Assembly: GCA_044868145.1 (NCBI GenBank)
Contig: JBIOWE010000004.1
Location: forward strand, 137,395-201,394
Length of the DNA: 64,000 nt
Direction of reading: 5' to 3'
Source: Patescibacteria group bacterium
GTDB taxonomy: Bacteria > Patescibacteriota > Patescibacteriia > UBA10025 > JBIOWE01
Of this stretch, positions 28,146-38,734 are shown one piece after another. The translations under genes were made by a program, and so were the position numbers. Every line of letters begins with the position of its first letter. Within the stretch, counting starts at the first letter, position 1. The notes beneath the pieces were generated by a model. It was not told where the DNA came from. It was given only the letters and a program-made list of their open reading frames with translations, and searched no databases.

Positions 28146-28871
28146 ATGAATAAAATTCTCCTTATCATTATCATGCTTCTTATCGCAGGCGGCGTTGTGT
28201 ATTGGTTGAACAATCAACCGACGAAAATTGAGAATACCCAATATCATCCGACAATCACACCAACGGATTTTGTTTCCAAAGTCAATAATCCATACTTCAC
28301 GTTGAAACCCGGTACAAAATTCACCTATGAAAACAAAACCACTGAAGGCCTCGAACGCATAGTGGTCGAAGTGACCAACGAGACAAAGGTGGTTCTTGGA
28401 GTAACAACAATGGTCGTCTGGGACAGAGCCTGGCTGAATGATGTTTTAAAGGAGGATACCAAAGATTTGTATACCCAAGATAAACTCGGAAACGTCTGGT
28501 ATTTTGGGGAAGCAGTTGATAATTATGAGAATGGAAAACTCAAAGACCATGCGGGTGCTTGGGAAGCCGGCGTTGATGGCGCACAACCCGGAGTCGTGAT
28601 GCTCGCCGATCCGAAAGTCGGTAATTCATACCGTCAAGAGTACTATAAAGGTCGAGCGGAAGATATGGGAGACATTGTTGCTCTCAATAAGAAAATCACA
28701 GTTCCGCATGGGACGTTTGAGGGCTGCCTACAAACAAGAGACTGGAGCATGGTTGATGCAAGTCTTAATGAATATAAATACTACTGTCCGGATGTCGGCT
28801 TTATCGTGATGGAGGAATCAATTTCTGGTGGACAGGAAAAGGTTGAATTGATAGGCGTTTCAACCCAATAA
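28146..28871 (+). CDS. Secreted conserved hypothetical protein
   Basis: TM then NPYF.L.PG, QDKLGNVWYFGE, WEAGVDGA.PG, KYYCPDVG. Confidence 0.8.
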   Translation: MNKILLIIIMLLIAGGVVYWLNNQPTKIENTQYHPTITPTDFVSKVNNPYFTLKPGTKFTYENKTTEGLERIVVEVTNETKVVLGVTTMVVWDRAWLNDVLKEDTKDLYTQDKLGNVWYFGEAVDNYENGKLKDHAGAWEAGVDGAQPGVVMLADPKVGNSYRQEYYKGRAEDMGDIVALNKKITVPHGTFEGCLQTRDWSMVDASLNEYKYYCPDVGFIVMEESISGGQEKVELIGVSTQ

Positions 28872-28973
28872 TAGTTTGCTGAAAAAAGGAAAACTTGAAA
28901 CTCCTCATGTTGGGCCATCCCCGACGCCCTCTAGGCAGTCAGGGCGTTTTTTGAGACACTAACTCTATACAAC

Positions 28974-29618
28974 ATGTCTCTAACTGGGAGAACTCTCCAA
29001 AAACAAATTGGTATCGCCCTAAGTTTTCTTGCATTCTTCGCGCTCTGGTTGGTGCTCTACGATGCGGTGAACACGTGGGCATCGGTTCCCGGAAGGGCGC
29101 GGGAATTTGTCAGTGCGCTCGTCTATTACCCGTGGCTCTACCAACCGTGGCTAGCACCCCTTTACATACTGGGTGGTTTTATCAGTCTCGCAGTGCCGAT
29201 CTTCATTGCATTGAGGAATGATCGTTGGCGCCGCATCCTCCTTTCACTAGCTGTCGCATCTGCGATTGCTTTGATTGTCTACGTGGTGTGGCCTGTCAGT
29301 ATCGCACGACCAGTCTATGGAACAACAACGTGGGCTGGACAGCTCATGACCTGGTACACAGCCCATGACAAACCCACGAACACATTCCCAAGTGGGCATA
29401 CGTACTTTGCCATGCTCGCTGCGTTGTGGATACAAGCGAGTAAGGTGCGTCGATCTTGGAAAACCCTGAGCTGGGCCCTCGCTGTCGGCCTCATGGTGTC
29501 AACCGTGATGGTCGGCCAACATTATCCGATGGACGTTCTTGGCGGCATCGTCGTTGGGCTTATAAGTTACTGGTTCGCGACGCACGTCTCTCAAGCCAAT
29601 GCTTTCAAAAATACATAA
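28974..29618 (+). CDS. PAP2-family membrane phosphatase/phosphotransferase
   Basis: NTFPSGH and STVMVGQHY.MD motifs. Confidence 0.85.
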   Translation: MSLTGRTLQKQIGIALSFLAFFALWLVLYDAVNTWASVPGRAREFVSALVYYPWLYQPWLAPLYILGGFISLAVPIFIALRNDRWRRILLSLAVASAIALIVYVVWPVSIARPVYGTTTWAGQLMTWYTAHDKPTNTFPSGHTYFAMLAALWIQASKVRRSWKTLSWALAVGLMVSTVMVGQHYPMDVLGGIVVGLISYWFATHVSQANAFKNT

Positions 29619-29640
29619 TCCGCTAAAATAAAACTTTCTC

Positions 29641-30834
29641 ATGGAACCCCAAAAACCTCGTCTCCCGAAAAATGTTTGGGCCATGGGGCTTGTCAGCTTT
29701 TTTAATGATATTGCATCGGAGATCATCTACCCAATTGTGCCGATTTTTTTAACTGTGGTGTTGGCAGCACCGGTCGCTATCGTTGGATTCATTGAAGGAA
29801 TCGCGGAGGCAACCGCGAGTATACTCAAAGTATTTTCTGGCTGGTTCTCCGATAGAGTAGGCAGGCGTAAACCGCTCGTCGTCTTTGGCTATACGCTTTC
29901 GTCCGTCTCAAAATTGCTCATGGCTTTAGCCACAACCTGGCCTTTTGTCCTCGTTGCCAGGTTTACTGACAGATTTGGCAAAGGTTCGCGGGTTGCTGCC
30001 CGCGACGCGCTTATCGTAGAAAGCGTCTCGCCGGAGCTACGGGGCCGCGCATTTGGCTTAAACCGCGCCTTAGACAGTGCCGGCGCGGTCGTCGGACCGC
30101 TCCTGGCTTTATTACTCATTGCCGTATTTCATGACAGTTTCCGGACGATCTTTTTCATTGCGGCCATCCCCGCTTTCATCGGTGTAGGACTGCTCATTAC
30201 ACTCGTCAAGGATGTGCGCAGGCCGGAGAACAGACTGCATCATCCCATTCACTTCGCCAATATGAAACAGCTCGATGACTCTTTAAAAATGTTTCTTCTG
30301 GTGAGCGCGGTATTTGCCATTGGCAACAGTTCCGATGCGTTTCTTATTTTGCGAGCAAAAAATCTCGGACTCTCTACGGTGTTGGCCGTGGCAGCTTACG
30401 TTCTCTTCAATATCAGCTATTCCGTTTTTTCCTATCCAGCCGGCGTTCTAAGCGATAAAATCGGCGCAAAAAGAATTATGGCAGTCGGCTTCGCTCTTTT
30501 TACGATCGTCTATGCAGGCATGGCGCTGGTCCAAGAAAGCTTCTGGCTGTGGGTACTCTTTCCAATCTATGGCATATATATGGCGCTCACCGATGGCGTC
30601 AGTCGAGCATTTATTGCCTCCAAGGTCCAGCCAGCAATGTCCGGCACCGCTCTTGGCCTCCAACAGACAATCGTGGGCATAGGTGCGTTCGTCGCTTCCT
30701 TAGCCGCCGGCTTTCTCTGGCAAAAGTCTCCCAGTCTTCCCTTTTGGCTCGGCAGCGTCATGGCTTTCATTGCCTTAATCATCTTTTTGAGCTATAGAAA
30801 AAGGGTTAAGACGGAGACGATCGTACGTAGTTAA
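29641..30834 (+). CDS. MFS transporter
   Basis: GWFSDRVGRRK motif A; about 12 TM. Confidence 0.92.
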   Translation: MEPQKPRLPKNVWAMGLVSFFNDIASEIIYPIVPIFLTVVLAAPVAIVGFIEGIAEATASILKVFSGWFSDRVGRRKPLVVFGYTLSSVSKLLMALATTWPFVLVARFTDRFGKGSRVAARDALIVESVSPELRGRAFGLNRALDSAGAVVGPLLALLLIAVFHDSFRTIFFIAAIPAFIGVGLLITLVKDVRRPENRLHHPIHFANMKQLDDSLKMFLLVSAVFAIGNSSDAFLILRAKNLGLSTVLAVAAYVLFNISYSVFSYPAGVLSDKIGAKRIMAVGFALFTIVYAGMALVQESFWLWVLFPIYGIYMALTDGVSRAFIASKVQPAMSGTALGLQQTIVGIGAFVASLAAGFLWQKSPSLPFWLGSVMAFIALIIFLSYRKRVKTETIVRS

Positions 30835-30898
30835 ACGCGCCGAGAAAAATAATTATACAACAACGTCGCGAACCTCTGCTCTCCACTGGACGTTTGTT

Positions 30899-31333
30899 GT
30901 GAGCATTCTACTGAAAGGTGTGAATGGATTCCTGGAGATTCTCGGGGGCATCGTATACCTCCTGGTGACGAGTCAAGCCGTCATTTCGATCATTTATACG
31001 TTAACGCAACATGAGCTTCTCGAAGATCCACGCGACAGAATTGCCAACGTGCTCCGAGCATCCGTGAGCGGCATTTCTCTGAACACAAAACTGTTTGTCA
31101 CCATATACCTCTTCGCTCACGGCATTATCAAGCTTTTCCTTGTTATTGCGCTCCTGCGGCGTAAGCTCTGGGCGTACCCGGCGGCGGTCGTGACCTTTCT
31201 TGCCTTCCTCGCGTATCAGGGCTACCAGTATGCACTCACGCCTTCCCTTGGCCTCGTCTTCCTCTCCGTGCTGGACATTGTTGTCATTGTATTGACGATC
31301 CTTGAATATAAGCGTATCCGAGTCAGCGGGTAA
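30899..31333 (+). CDS. DUF2127-like membrane protein
   Basis: LKG.NG.LE..GG, ELLEDP.D, YLFAHG.IK, LWAYP. Confidence 0.75.
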   Translation: MSILLKGVNGFLEILGGIVYLLVTSQAVISIIYTLTQHELLEDPRDRIANVLRASVSGISLNTKLFVTIYLFAHGIIKLFLVIALLRRKLWAYPAAVVTFLAFLAYQGYQYALTPSLGLVFLSVLDIVVIVLTILEYKRIRVSG

Positions 31334-31415
31334 AACGTATGGCGCGCAATTGCGACCGTGCCGGTTTTACCCTATACTGAGGATTCGTAGGTTTTATTCA
31401 TAACAAACAAAGTCG

Positions 31416-32009
31416 GTGGTTACGAGGCTCCTGTCAATAATAAAATTCTGGATCCCGTTCGTCATCGCGGGAACCGTCCTGTGCGGCATTATTTATGGAA
31501 CAGTGCAACAAGCCTACCGGCAATCCGCAAATGATCCGCAAATCCAAATGGCGGAGGACGCCGCAACTGCTCTCAAAAAAGGAAAGTCGCCGGCAGAGAT
31601 CGTAGGCCAGGAACCGATTAACATGGCTACGAGTCTTGCGCCGTTTTTGATTATCTACGACGGGAATGGGAAACCGCTCGCATCTTCCGCGACTCTGGAC
31701 AATGAAATTCCGACACTTCCGGATGGCGTGTATGCGTATGCGAAACAATTCGGCAGTAATCGTCTCACCTGGCAGCCGAGACCGGACGTACGGAACGCAA
31801 CCGTAACGGTTTATTACGCAGGACAACAATCGGGCTTTGTGCTGGCCGGGCGGTCGTTGCGTGAAGTGGAAAAACGTGAGAGCAAATTGACGTTTATGGT
31901 ATTTATTGGCTGGCTGTTCTTCCTGTTTGCTACGTTGCTTGGCGTCATTTTCAAAGAATTAATGAGTTCTCTCCAAGGACGTATCAAAGCCCTTGGACAA
32001 ACAAAGTAA
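31416..32009 (+). CDS. Two-TM protein with extracellular sensor-like domain
   Basis: QQAYRQSANDPQIQMAED, SLAPF, TWQP, GRSLREVE. Confidence 0.75.
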   Translation: MVTRLLSIIKFWIPFVIAGTVLCGIIYGTVQQAYRQSANDPQIQMAEDAATALKKGKSPAEIVGQEPINMATSLAPFLIIYDGNGKPLASSATLDNEIPTLPDGVYAYAKQFGSNRLTWQPRPDVRNATVTVYYAGQQSGFVLAGRSLREVEKRESKLTFMVFIGWLFFLFATLLGVIFKELMSSLQGRIKALGQTK

Positions 32010-32032
32010 CGACACGAAAGAACTGACAATCA

Positions 32033-32644
32033 ATGGGCATCACGGAATCCATAATGAACCTCGCAATACGCATTATCGACGCGACCGGCTATCCGGGCGT
32101 CGGTTTGTTGATGACGTTTGAGAGTATGGTTTTGCCCGTGCCGAGCGAAGCGGTGATGCCGTTCGCCGGCTTTTTGTGGTACGCTGGGACATTTACGTTA
32201 GCTGGCGTTATTATCGCGAGCACCCTTGGCAGCATCCTGGGCTCGCTCATTTCATACTACATTGGCATGTATGGCGGCAGACTATTTGTGAAACGATTCG
32301 GAAGATACCTGTTACTGAACGAGGAGCACCTGACAAAAACCGAGCGATTTTTCGCACGGTATGGCGAAAAAGCGGTCTTTATCAGCCGTTTCATCCCTGT
32401 GGTGCGGCATTTGATTTCGATCCCTGCTGGCATCGGGCGTATGCGGTTCGGTAAATTCATTCTGTATACGACTATCGGCGCAGCCATCTGGAACACGTTT
32501 CTCGCATATGTCGGTTATTTGCTTGCGGAACGATGGGAAACGCTCCGTCGGTATACCGAAGTGCTTGACATTGTTTTTGTGCTGGCTATTCTTGCTGCAA
32601 TCTTTTACTTTTTCTACAAAAGATTTCAGGCTGTCAAAAAATAA
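32033..32644 (+). CDS. DedA family protein
   Basis: ES...P.PSE.VMPFAG, RFIPVVRHLISIPAG. Confidence 0.92.
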   Translation: MGITESIMNLAIRIIDATGYPGVGLLMTFESMVLPVPSEAVMPFAGFLWYAGTFTLAGVIIASTLGSILGSLISYYIGMYGGRLFVKRFGRYLLLNEEHLTKTERFFARYGEKAVFISRFIPVVRHLISIPAGIGRMRFGKFILYTTIGAAIWNTFLAYVGYLLAERWETLRRYTEVLDIVFVLAILAAIFYFFYKRFQAVKK

Positions 32645-32753
32645 GCCCTGGGAGTAATATCGCATTTCAAAAAAACACTTTTTTTGTATACAAAACGCTT
32701 TACAAAACTCGCATATCCTCGTATAATGAGAAAGAAATTGGCAATCGAGAACT

Positions 32754-33629
32754 ATGCAAAAGGTACGAAAAGTCGTGATACCCGCTGCCGGGTATGGTAC
32801 GCGATTCTTGCCGGCGACAAAAGCGCAACCAAAAGAGATGTTGCCGGTCGTGGATACGCCTATTATCCAATATGTCGTGGAGGAGGCGGTGGCATCTGGC
32901 ATTACGGACATTATTATCGTCACGAGCGGCCAAAAACGATCGATCGAGGACCACTTCGACTATCCGTTTGAACTGGAAAAATTTCTCGAACGTGCAGGAA
33001 AAAAGGAACAATTGAAGCTCGTCCGCCATATTGCGGAAATGGCGGATTTTATTTATGTCAGGCAAAAAGGGCCGTACGGCAACGCAACGCCTGTCTTAAG
33101 CGCGCAGCACGTCGTCGGCGATGAACCGTTTGCCGTGCTCTGGGGCGATGAATTTGTGGTGGCGAAGCCACCCCGATTAAAACAATTGCTCACAATCTTT
33201 TCGCGATACAAAGCGCCTGTCATCTGCTTAATGCGAGTTAAGGAAAAACAAGATGTCTCACGCTACGGCATTGCAAAAGTGAAGCGTATTCGCGGTAATG
33301 TCTACCAGATACTTTCCATAGTCGAAAAACCGACATCCGCCGACGCGCCTTCGAATCTCGCCTTTATCGGCGGAGGCGTGTTCACGCCGGAAATATTTTA
33401 CTCGCTCCGTGCACTGAAGCCCGGCAAGGCCGATGAGCTCTGGCTCGTGGACGCAATTAACCTGTTCCTGAAACACAAACCCGTCTATGGTTGCGCGGTC
33501 AAACAAGGGACCTACTACGACACCGGCAACAAACTAGAGTACTTAAAAGCGAATATCGACTTTGCATTGCGGCGCAAAGATCTGCAACGAGACTTACGCG
33601 CCTACTTGCGAACACGAATGCGCAAATAA
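32754..33629 (+). CDS. galU: UTP-glucose-1-phosphate uridylyltransferase
   Basis: VIPAAGYGTRFLPATKAQPKEMLP, VEKP, YDTG. Confidence 0.92.
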   Translation: MQKVRKVVIPAAGYGTRFLPATKAQPKEMLPVVDTPIIQYVVEEAVASGITDIIIVTSGQKRSIEDHFDYPFELEKFLERAGKKEQLKLVRHIAEMADFIYVRQKGPYGNATPVLSAQHVVGDEPFAVLWGDEFVVAKPPRLKQLLTIFSRYKAPVICLMRVKEKQDVSRYGIAKVKRIRGNVYQILSIVEKPTSADAPSNLAFIGGGVFTPEIFYSLRALKPGKADELWLVDAINLFLKHKPVYGCAVKQGTYYDTGNKLEYLKANIDFALRRKDLQRDLRAYLRTRMRK

Positions 33630-33635
33630 CGCTGT

Positions 33636-35012
33636 ATGAAGAAATTCATTATCATCGGAGGCATTGGGGTAGTCGTGATCGTAATCGTACTTATCGCACT
33701 CTCGAGCTCTGGCGGCAATGTTGTGTTGCCGAAAAAAGTTGACCTTACGATTTGGGGTGTCTTCGATGAGGAATCCTCTTATCAGGATCTGATTGCTACC
33801 TATCATACCCTGCACCCCTACGTAAACGTCACGTACAAAAAATTTCGTATTGAAGAGTACGAAGACATCCTTATTTCGTCCTGGGCGCGCGGCATTGGCC
33901 CAGACATTTTTCTTGTTCCGAACTACTGGCTAGGAAAGTATAAGGACTTTAGCACGCCCATGCCCAAGACAACAAAAATGGCATACTATTCAACTGTGAA
34001 AACGCTCGGAATCAAAGAGGAAACGAAAGTTGAATATCGCGAACTCCCCACGGTTTCCATGAATGCGCTACAAAATAATTTCATTGATGCGGTGGCTTCC
34101 GACGTTGTTTTTGATCAACAAATATACGGTCTCCCGCTGTCAGCAGACACCTTGGTGCTGTTCTACAATAAAGATTTGCTCAATAAAGCGGGGTTTCCCT
34201 TACCTCCTCGCACCTGGTCGGAGTTTGTTAAGATGGTTGAAAAAATGACCATTCTCGATGATGCAGGCAACATCGTGCAATCCGGCGCTGCGCTCGGAAC
34301 GTATGAAAATATTCCGCGCGCGTTCGATATTCTCTCCCTCCTCATGATTCAAAACGGCACGGAAATGGTTGACGTTTCAGGCAAACGCGTGACGTTTGGC
34401 AGCGCTTCTCCGAGCGACCCGACGTATATACCCGGGCAGGAAGCGCTGCGCTTCTACACGGATTTTTCTTCACCGACTAAGCAAGTGTACACATGGAACA
34501 CGGGCATGCCGAACGCGCTTGATAGTTTTAGCCAGGGCAGTGTAGCCTTTTTTCTTGGTTATGCGTTTCATATCCCGCTTATCGAGGAACGCGCGACACA
34601 ACTCAAATATAGTATTTCCTTTGTTCCGCAAATCGCCGCGAACCAAGAGGTGAACTACGCGAATTACTGGATCATGTCAGCGGCAAAAGCCTCAAGTCAT
34701 ACGAATGAAGCCTGGAACTTTATTCAATACGCGGCAAGCGAAGAAGCGGTTAGTTCATACCTCAACAAAGCGGGCCGCGTGAGCGTTCTGCGTTCGCTCC
34801 TCTCAACCCAGATCAATGACCCGGAATCCAACGTATACATTTTCGCGAAGCAGGCCTTGAACGCAAAAAGTTGGTACCACGGCAAAGACCCCGCTAAAGC
34901 GGAAGAGGCGTTCAAAAATATGATTGAGACCGTGGTGAACGGCACGGCTGATTATGAAACAAGTCTTGGGACAGCCGCAAAGGTCATTGACCTGACGTTA
35001 CAAACTCCATGA
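33636..35012 (+). CDS. Extracellular solute-binding protein (family 1)
   Basis: TM anchor, GPDIF, YGLPLSADTLVLFYNKDL. Confidence 0.85.
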   Translation: MKKFIIIGGIGVVVIVIVLIALSSSGGNVVLPKKVDLTIWGVFDEESSYQDLIATYHTLHPYVNVTYKKFRIEEYEDILISSWARGIGPDIFLVPNYWLGKYKDFSTPMPKTTKMAYYSTVKTLGIKEETKVEYRELPTVSMNALQNNFIDAVASDVVFDQQIYGLPLSADTLVLFYNKDLLNKAGFPLPPRTWSEFVKMVEKMTILDDAGNIVQSGAALGTYENIPRAFDILSLLMIQNGTEMVDVSGKRVTFGSASPSDPTYIPGQEALRFYTDFSSPTKQVYTWNTGMPNALDSFSQGSVAFFLGYAFHIPLIEERATQLKYSISFVPQIAANQEVNYANYWIMSAAKASSHTNEAWNFIQYAASEEAVSSYLNKAGRVSVLRSLLSTQINDPESNVYIFAKQALNAKSWYHGKDPAKAEEAFKNMIETVVNGTADYETSLGTAAKVIDLTLQTP

Positions 35013-36088
35013 AACGGGTCCTTACACTCTTAGCGATTACGATAGTCGCGTTTGGACTTTTTAGCGTTGCACTGCAAGCAAATGCGCAGGCGCAGCAGAA
35101 CCAACAAACGGCACAAACCACGAACGATGCGTGTGTAGAAAGTGCCTATGAAGACTATGCCGGATGCACGGGTCAATCATCGGATATTTACAACGTAAAA
35201 TGTTTGCGCGTTCTCCCGCCATGCTTCAAGTGTGGAGCCTGCCAGCTTGATGATTTCATCTGGCTGTTCGTGAACATGGGCATGTGGGGCGTGCGCGTCC
35301 TGCCCGTCGTTGCGATGCTGTTTTTCATTTGGGCCGGGTTCGGTCTGCTCACGTCCCGCGGCAATCCGGAAAAAGTCCAAGGCGCGCGCCGGTTCCTCGG
35401 CGCAGTCGTCTGGGGCGTGATCGTCGTTCTCGTTCTCGGCTACGTGTTTACCGCCTTCGTTGTGCAAATACTTACTGGATCCACCAACGTATTCGGCAGG
35501 CCTTGGTACGGTGAATCCACTAGCAAAGAATCGACGGCGACCCAAGGATGTTGCGTCACTCTTCTCGGCTGTTTCGACCAAGTGAGCCAAACCGAATGCA
35601 CAACATACGATCGCGACCCGTTCAAGCCTGCCTATTGGCAGCAAGGCCAATTATGTGGCCAAATCACACTATGTCAAAATCTCGACCGCGGCTGTTGCGT
35701 TCCGCTTAATTATCGTCAGCAAAAATGTGAAGTACCCGAGGGGTCGCGTGGATGCGTGGCGTATCCCAACACATTTTTAAGGGAGGGGAAGGCCTGCTCG
35801 AACATTCCGGAATGTTCTATTGGATGCTGCGTGCCTATCTGTGACCAGGGATACGAGGCTTCTCTTGCTAGTTGCGATGCCGCAAACGGCACCTGGCATG
35901 CGGGAGCTTGCCAAGGCCTGGAAACAGAGGTTGGGTGTTGTCGAGTTGCATCTCCAGTTGGGCAAGGCAATTGTTTCGATGTCTACAATAAGCAACGATG
36001 TGTTGATGGCGGTGGAATTTGGGACGATCAATCTTGTGCATCCAGTGGATTAGAATGCAATTATAATATTAGCATCTGCAGAGACTAA
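35009..36088 (+). CDS. VirB2/TrbC-type pilin with Cys-rich C-terminal repeats
   Basis: FIWAGF.LLTSRGNPEKV..A pilin core and four GCC-initiated repeats. Confidence 0.8.
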   Translation: MKRVLTLLAITIVAFGLFSVALQANAQAQQNQQTAQTTNDACVESAYEDYAGCTGQSSDIYNVKCLRVLPPCFKCGACQLDDFIWLFVNMGMWGVRVLPVVAMLFFIWAGFGLLTSRGNPEKVQGARRFLGAVVWGVIVVLVLGYVFTAFVVQILTGSTNVFGRPWYGESTSKESTATQGCCVTLLGCFDQVSQTECTTYDRDPFKPAYWQQGQLCGQITLCQNLDRGCCVPLNYRQQKCEVPEGSRGCVAYPNTFLREGKACSNIPECSIGCCVPICDQGYEASLASCDAANGTWHAGACQGLETEVGCCRVASPVGQGNCFDVYNKQRCVDGGGIWDDQSCASSGLECNYNISICRD

Positions 36089-36166
36089 TAAAATTTGTGC
36101 ACCGAAATTCCCAGATGCATAAAGTAGGTTCTGGCATTTAACCCCATCAGGCTTTATACTATACGT

Positions 36167-36520
36167 ATGAAACAATCACGATTTTTCCGAATTCTCGCGG
36201 TCCTCATAAGTGCTTTCTTGCCATGGCTCGCCAATGCGCAAACCCGACCAAAGCTACCTAATCCCCTTGGCCTTGAAGGTGCAAACTTGATTGATGTCAT
36301 TCTCCGTGGACTGCAGGTGATTCTCGGCGTCATCGACATTTTCGCCTTGTTTATGTTTATTCTTGGGGGATTTGAACTGCTGACATCGGGCGGCAATCCT
36401 GATCGGATTAAACGAGGTAAAGAAACGCTCGTTTGGGCAACAGCCGGCATCGTGGTCATCACGTTGAGTTATGCGATCCTCAAATTCGTATTCGAAAGTC
36501 TTACCAAAGTGAGCGGCTAA
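36167..36520 (+). CDS. VirB2/TrbC-type pilin
   Basis: LPNPLG, GGF.LLTSGGNPDRIKRGKETLVWA. Confidence 0.85.
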   Translation: MKQSRFFRILAVLISAFLPWLANAQTRPKLPNPLGLEGANLIDVILRGLQVILGVIDIFALFMFILGGFELLTSGGNPDRIKRGKETLVWATAGIVVITLSYAILKFVFESLTKVSG

Positions 36521-36641
36521 GGGTCTCGTGACGCTATTGCAGCGAACGCATATGCGTTCGTTTTTTTATTTGTTCCGAGGTACAATATATAAATCAATGA
36601 CTAATGACGAATGCTCCCGCCCGTCCCCAATCCTTACCATT

Positions 36642-36748
36642 GTCATCCTGAGGACGCCGAGCGGGAGTCGAGGCGGACGAAGGATCTCCACGCTCTATAG
36701 TAAATCGCCAGGAGATTCTTCGGCCGCCGATGGCGACCTCAGAATGAC
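36642..36748. repeat. GTCAT...ATGAC palindromic element, longer variant
   Basis: GTCATCCTGAGG...GAAGGATCTCC ... GGAGATTCTTC...CCTCAGAATGAC. Confidence 0.8.
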
Positions 36749-36790
36749 AGGTTGGGAGCGGGCGAGACAATAATTGGTCATTGTTACTAT

Positions 36791-38734
36791 ATGATTCGGA
36801 TCCTCGAACAAAAAGCTGCCCTCATACTCATTGTCATGATCGCGCTGTACGTTAGCATGTTCACCGCTTTTACTTTTATTAAGTACGACAATTTTGGCTA
36901 CAACGCCCTTGACCTCGCGATTTACCAGCAAGTATTCTGGAACTCGAGCCATGGCAACCTGTTTGGCATGTCCATTCACCCACACCTATATCTCGGTGAT
37001 CACTTTGAACTGTTCATTCTTTTACTCCTGCCATTCTTTCTTATCTGGCAATCACCGCTTTTGCTACTTTTTCTCCAAACTGTTTTTATCGCGCTGGCGA
37101 CATGGCCTTTGTTTCTCATTGCCAAGCGTGAACTATCAAAACCGTGGGCGCTCGGGATTGTCACACTCTTTTTGGCAAGCCCGTTCATCCAAAACGCGAA
37201 CATGTTCGAATTCCATATTCTGCCGTTTGCGATTTCCCTTTTGCTCTGGGGTTTTTATTTTTACCAAACCAAGCGCTTTTGGCTTTTTTTTCTTTTCGCC
37301 GTGCTTAGCCTTACCGTTCGAGAGGATGTTTCGCTTGTTATTTTTATGTTCGGCATTCTCGCACTTCTTGACCGAAGAGGATGGCGATGGGTACTTGTAC
37401 CGATCATTTTTGCTGCCAGCTGGTTCAAACTCTCCACGGAACTAATCGCTTACTTCAACAGCGAACATCTTTATAAATTCCAACTATATTTTACCGGCAC
37501 TGGCGAAGGCGCGCTGGGTATTGTACAAAATATTTTTATACACCCGGTTGACTTCTTAGCTAAGCTGCTTACATTCAATAATCTGCTTATTACGCTCGGC
37601 CTCTTGTTGCCACTCGCTCTTTTGCCACTGCTTAAGCCACGCTACCTCATTCTTGGCATTCTTGTCGCGCTACAGCTTTTCTTAACGGGATTTGGCAGCG
37701 AGGTCGTTCTGGAAACTCATTACACGTCGCTGCTTATGCCCATTTTGTTTATCACGAGCGTTTTTGCAATTCAAAGAATAACTCAAAATAAAGATAGAAT
37801 AGCGTGGTTTTTGCTACGCTGGAAAGGAATTTTTCTGCTTACATTAGCCGTTTCCGCGATCTATTCAATGCTTGTTCTTGGACCGATCGCACCATCGATT
37901 ACCTTTGTTTTTAACCAACCCTCGAGCGATCGGGTCGCATACGATGAGATTGTGAATGACGTGCCGCTGGATGCTCCAGTTGCGGGAAGTTTCGCACTAC
38001 TACCACAGCTTGCGTCACGTCCGGAACTCTACTCACTGCATTATGCATTTCTTGGAAGACAGCAATTTTCGTTTCAGCAGTACACACTGCCGGACAACGT
38101 GCATACCCTCGCCTTTGATAGCCGTGATGCACTATTATATCAGCTCGGTCGGAGTATACAATCTTATAAAGAACAATACAGCACGGGCGATGATCGTCTA
38201 CGCTCTTTAATAGATGACCGCAATCTTAAACCAGCGCTCATACGCGATGCTTTTGCTTTATTCCGTGGCAATGCGAACAACACTATCACGCTCTACGAAG
38301 CGCTAGACTCGCTACCAGGGCAAGTAGAAACGAAATTAATTCATCTTGGTCCGCTTACTCTCGTGGGTTGGGAAGTTGGGGAAGTTTCAGAGCACACAAC
38401 GAACAGCTATCAGATGATTGATTTCTACTGGAGCGTACAAGAACCGGTTGCTGACGACTATCAATTGGCAGTTTCCTTCCTGAACAATAATGGTGTTCAA
38501 ATAGAACAACGGCTTTTCCCCCTGGCATACGGGCTTCTGCCGACGACCGAGTGGCAACCCGGGAAGGTCATCCGCACGACCTACGCATTTCGTTTGCCGG
38601 AAAGGGATACCACCGCGCATCTGCGCATCGCTCCCGTGCTCATTGACGGCTACCGCGGCTTAAGTGGCATACGTTCGGCAGTACCCGTGTTCACTTCCGT
38701 TAAAAAAACCGTAGAAGCGACCATTGATTTATAA
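36791..38734 (+). CDS. DUF2079-like GT-C membrane protein
   Basis: DLAIYQQ..WN, LGDHFE, FEFH, REDV; C-terminal W.PG.VI domain. Confidence 0.8.
   Translation: MIRILEQKAALILIVMIALYVSMFTAFTFIKYDNFGYNALDLAIYQQVFWNSSHGNLFGMSIHPHLYLGDHFELFILLLLPFFLIWQSPLLLLFLQTVFIALATWPLFLIAKRELSKPWALGIVTLFLASPFIQNANMFEFHILPFAISLLLWGFYFYQTKRFWLFFLFAVLSLTVREDVSLVIFMFGILALLDRRGWRWVLVPIIFAASWFKLSTELIAYFNSEHLYKFQLYFTGTGEGALGIVQNIFIHPVDFLAKLLTFNNLLITLGLLLPLALLPLLKPRYLILGILVALQLFLTGFGSEVVLETHYTSLLMPILFITSVFAIQRITQNKDRIAWFLLRWKGIFLLTLAVSAIYSMLVLGPIAPSITFVFNQPSSDRVAYDEIVNDVPLDAPVAGSFALLPQLASRPELYSLHYAFLGRQQFSFQQYTLPDNVHTLAFDSRDALLYQLGRSIQSYKEQYSTGDDRLRSLIDDRNLKPALIRDAFALFRGNANNTITLYEALDSLPGQVETKLIHLGPLTLVGWEVGEVSEHTTNSYQMIDFYWSVQEPVADDYQLAVSFLNNNGVQIEQRLFPLAYGLLPTTEWQPGKVIRTTYAFRLPERDTTAHLRIAPVLIDGYRGLSGIRSAVPVFTSVKKTVEATIDL

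Noticed and set aside
21740-32644. Integron cassette array or prophage
   Set aside because: No integrase, no recurring attC-like sites and no phage genes seen.
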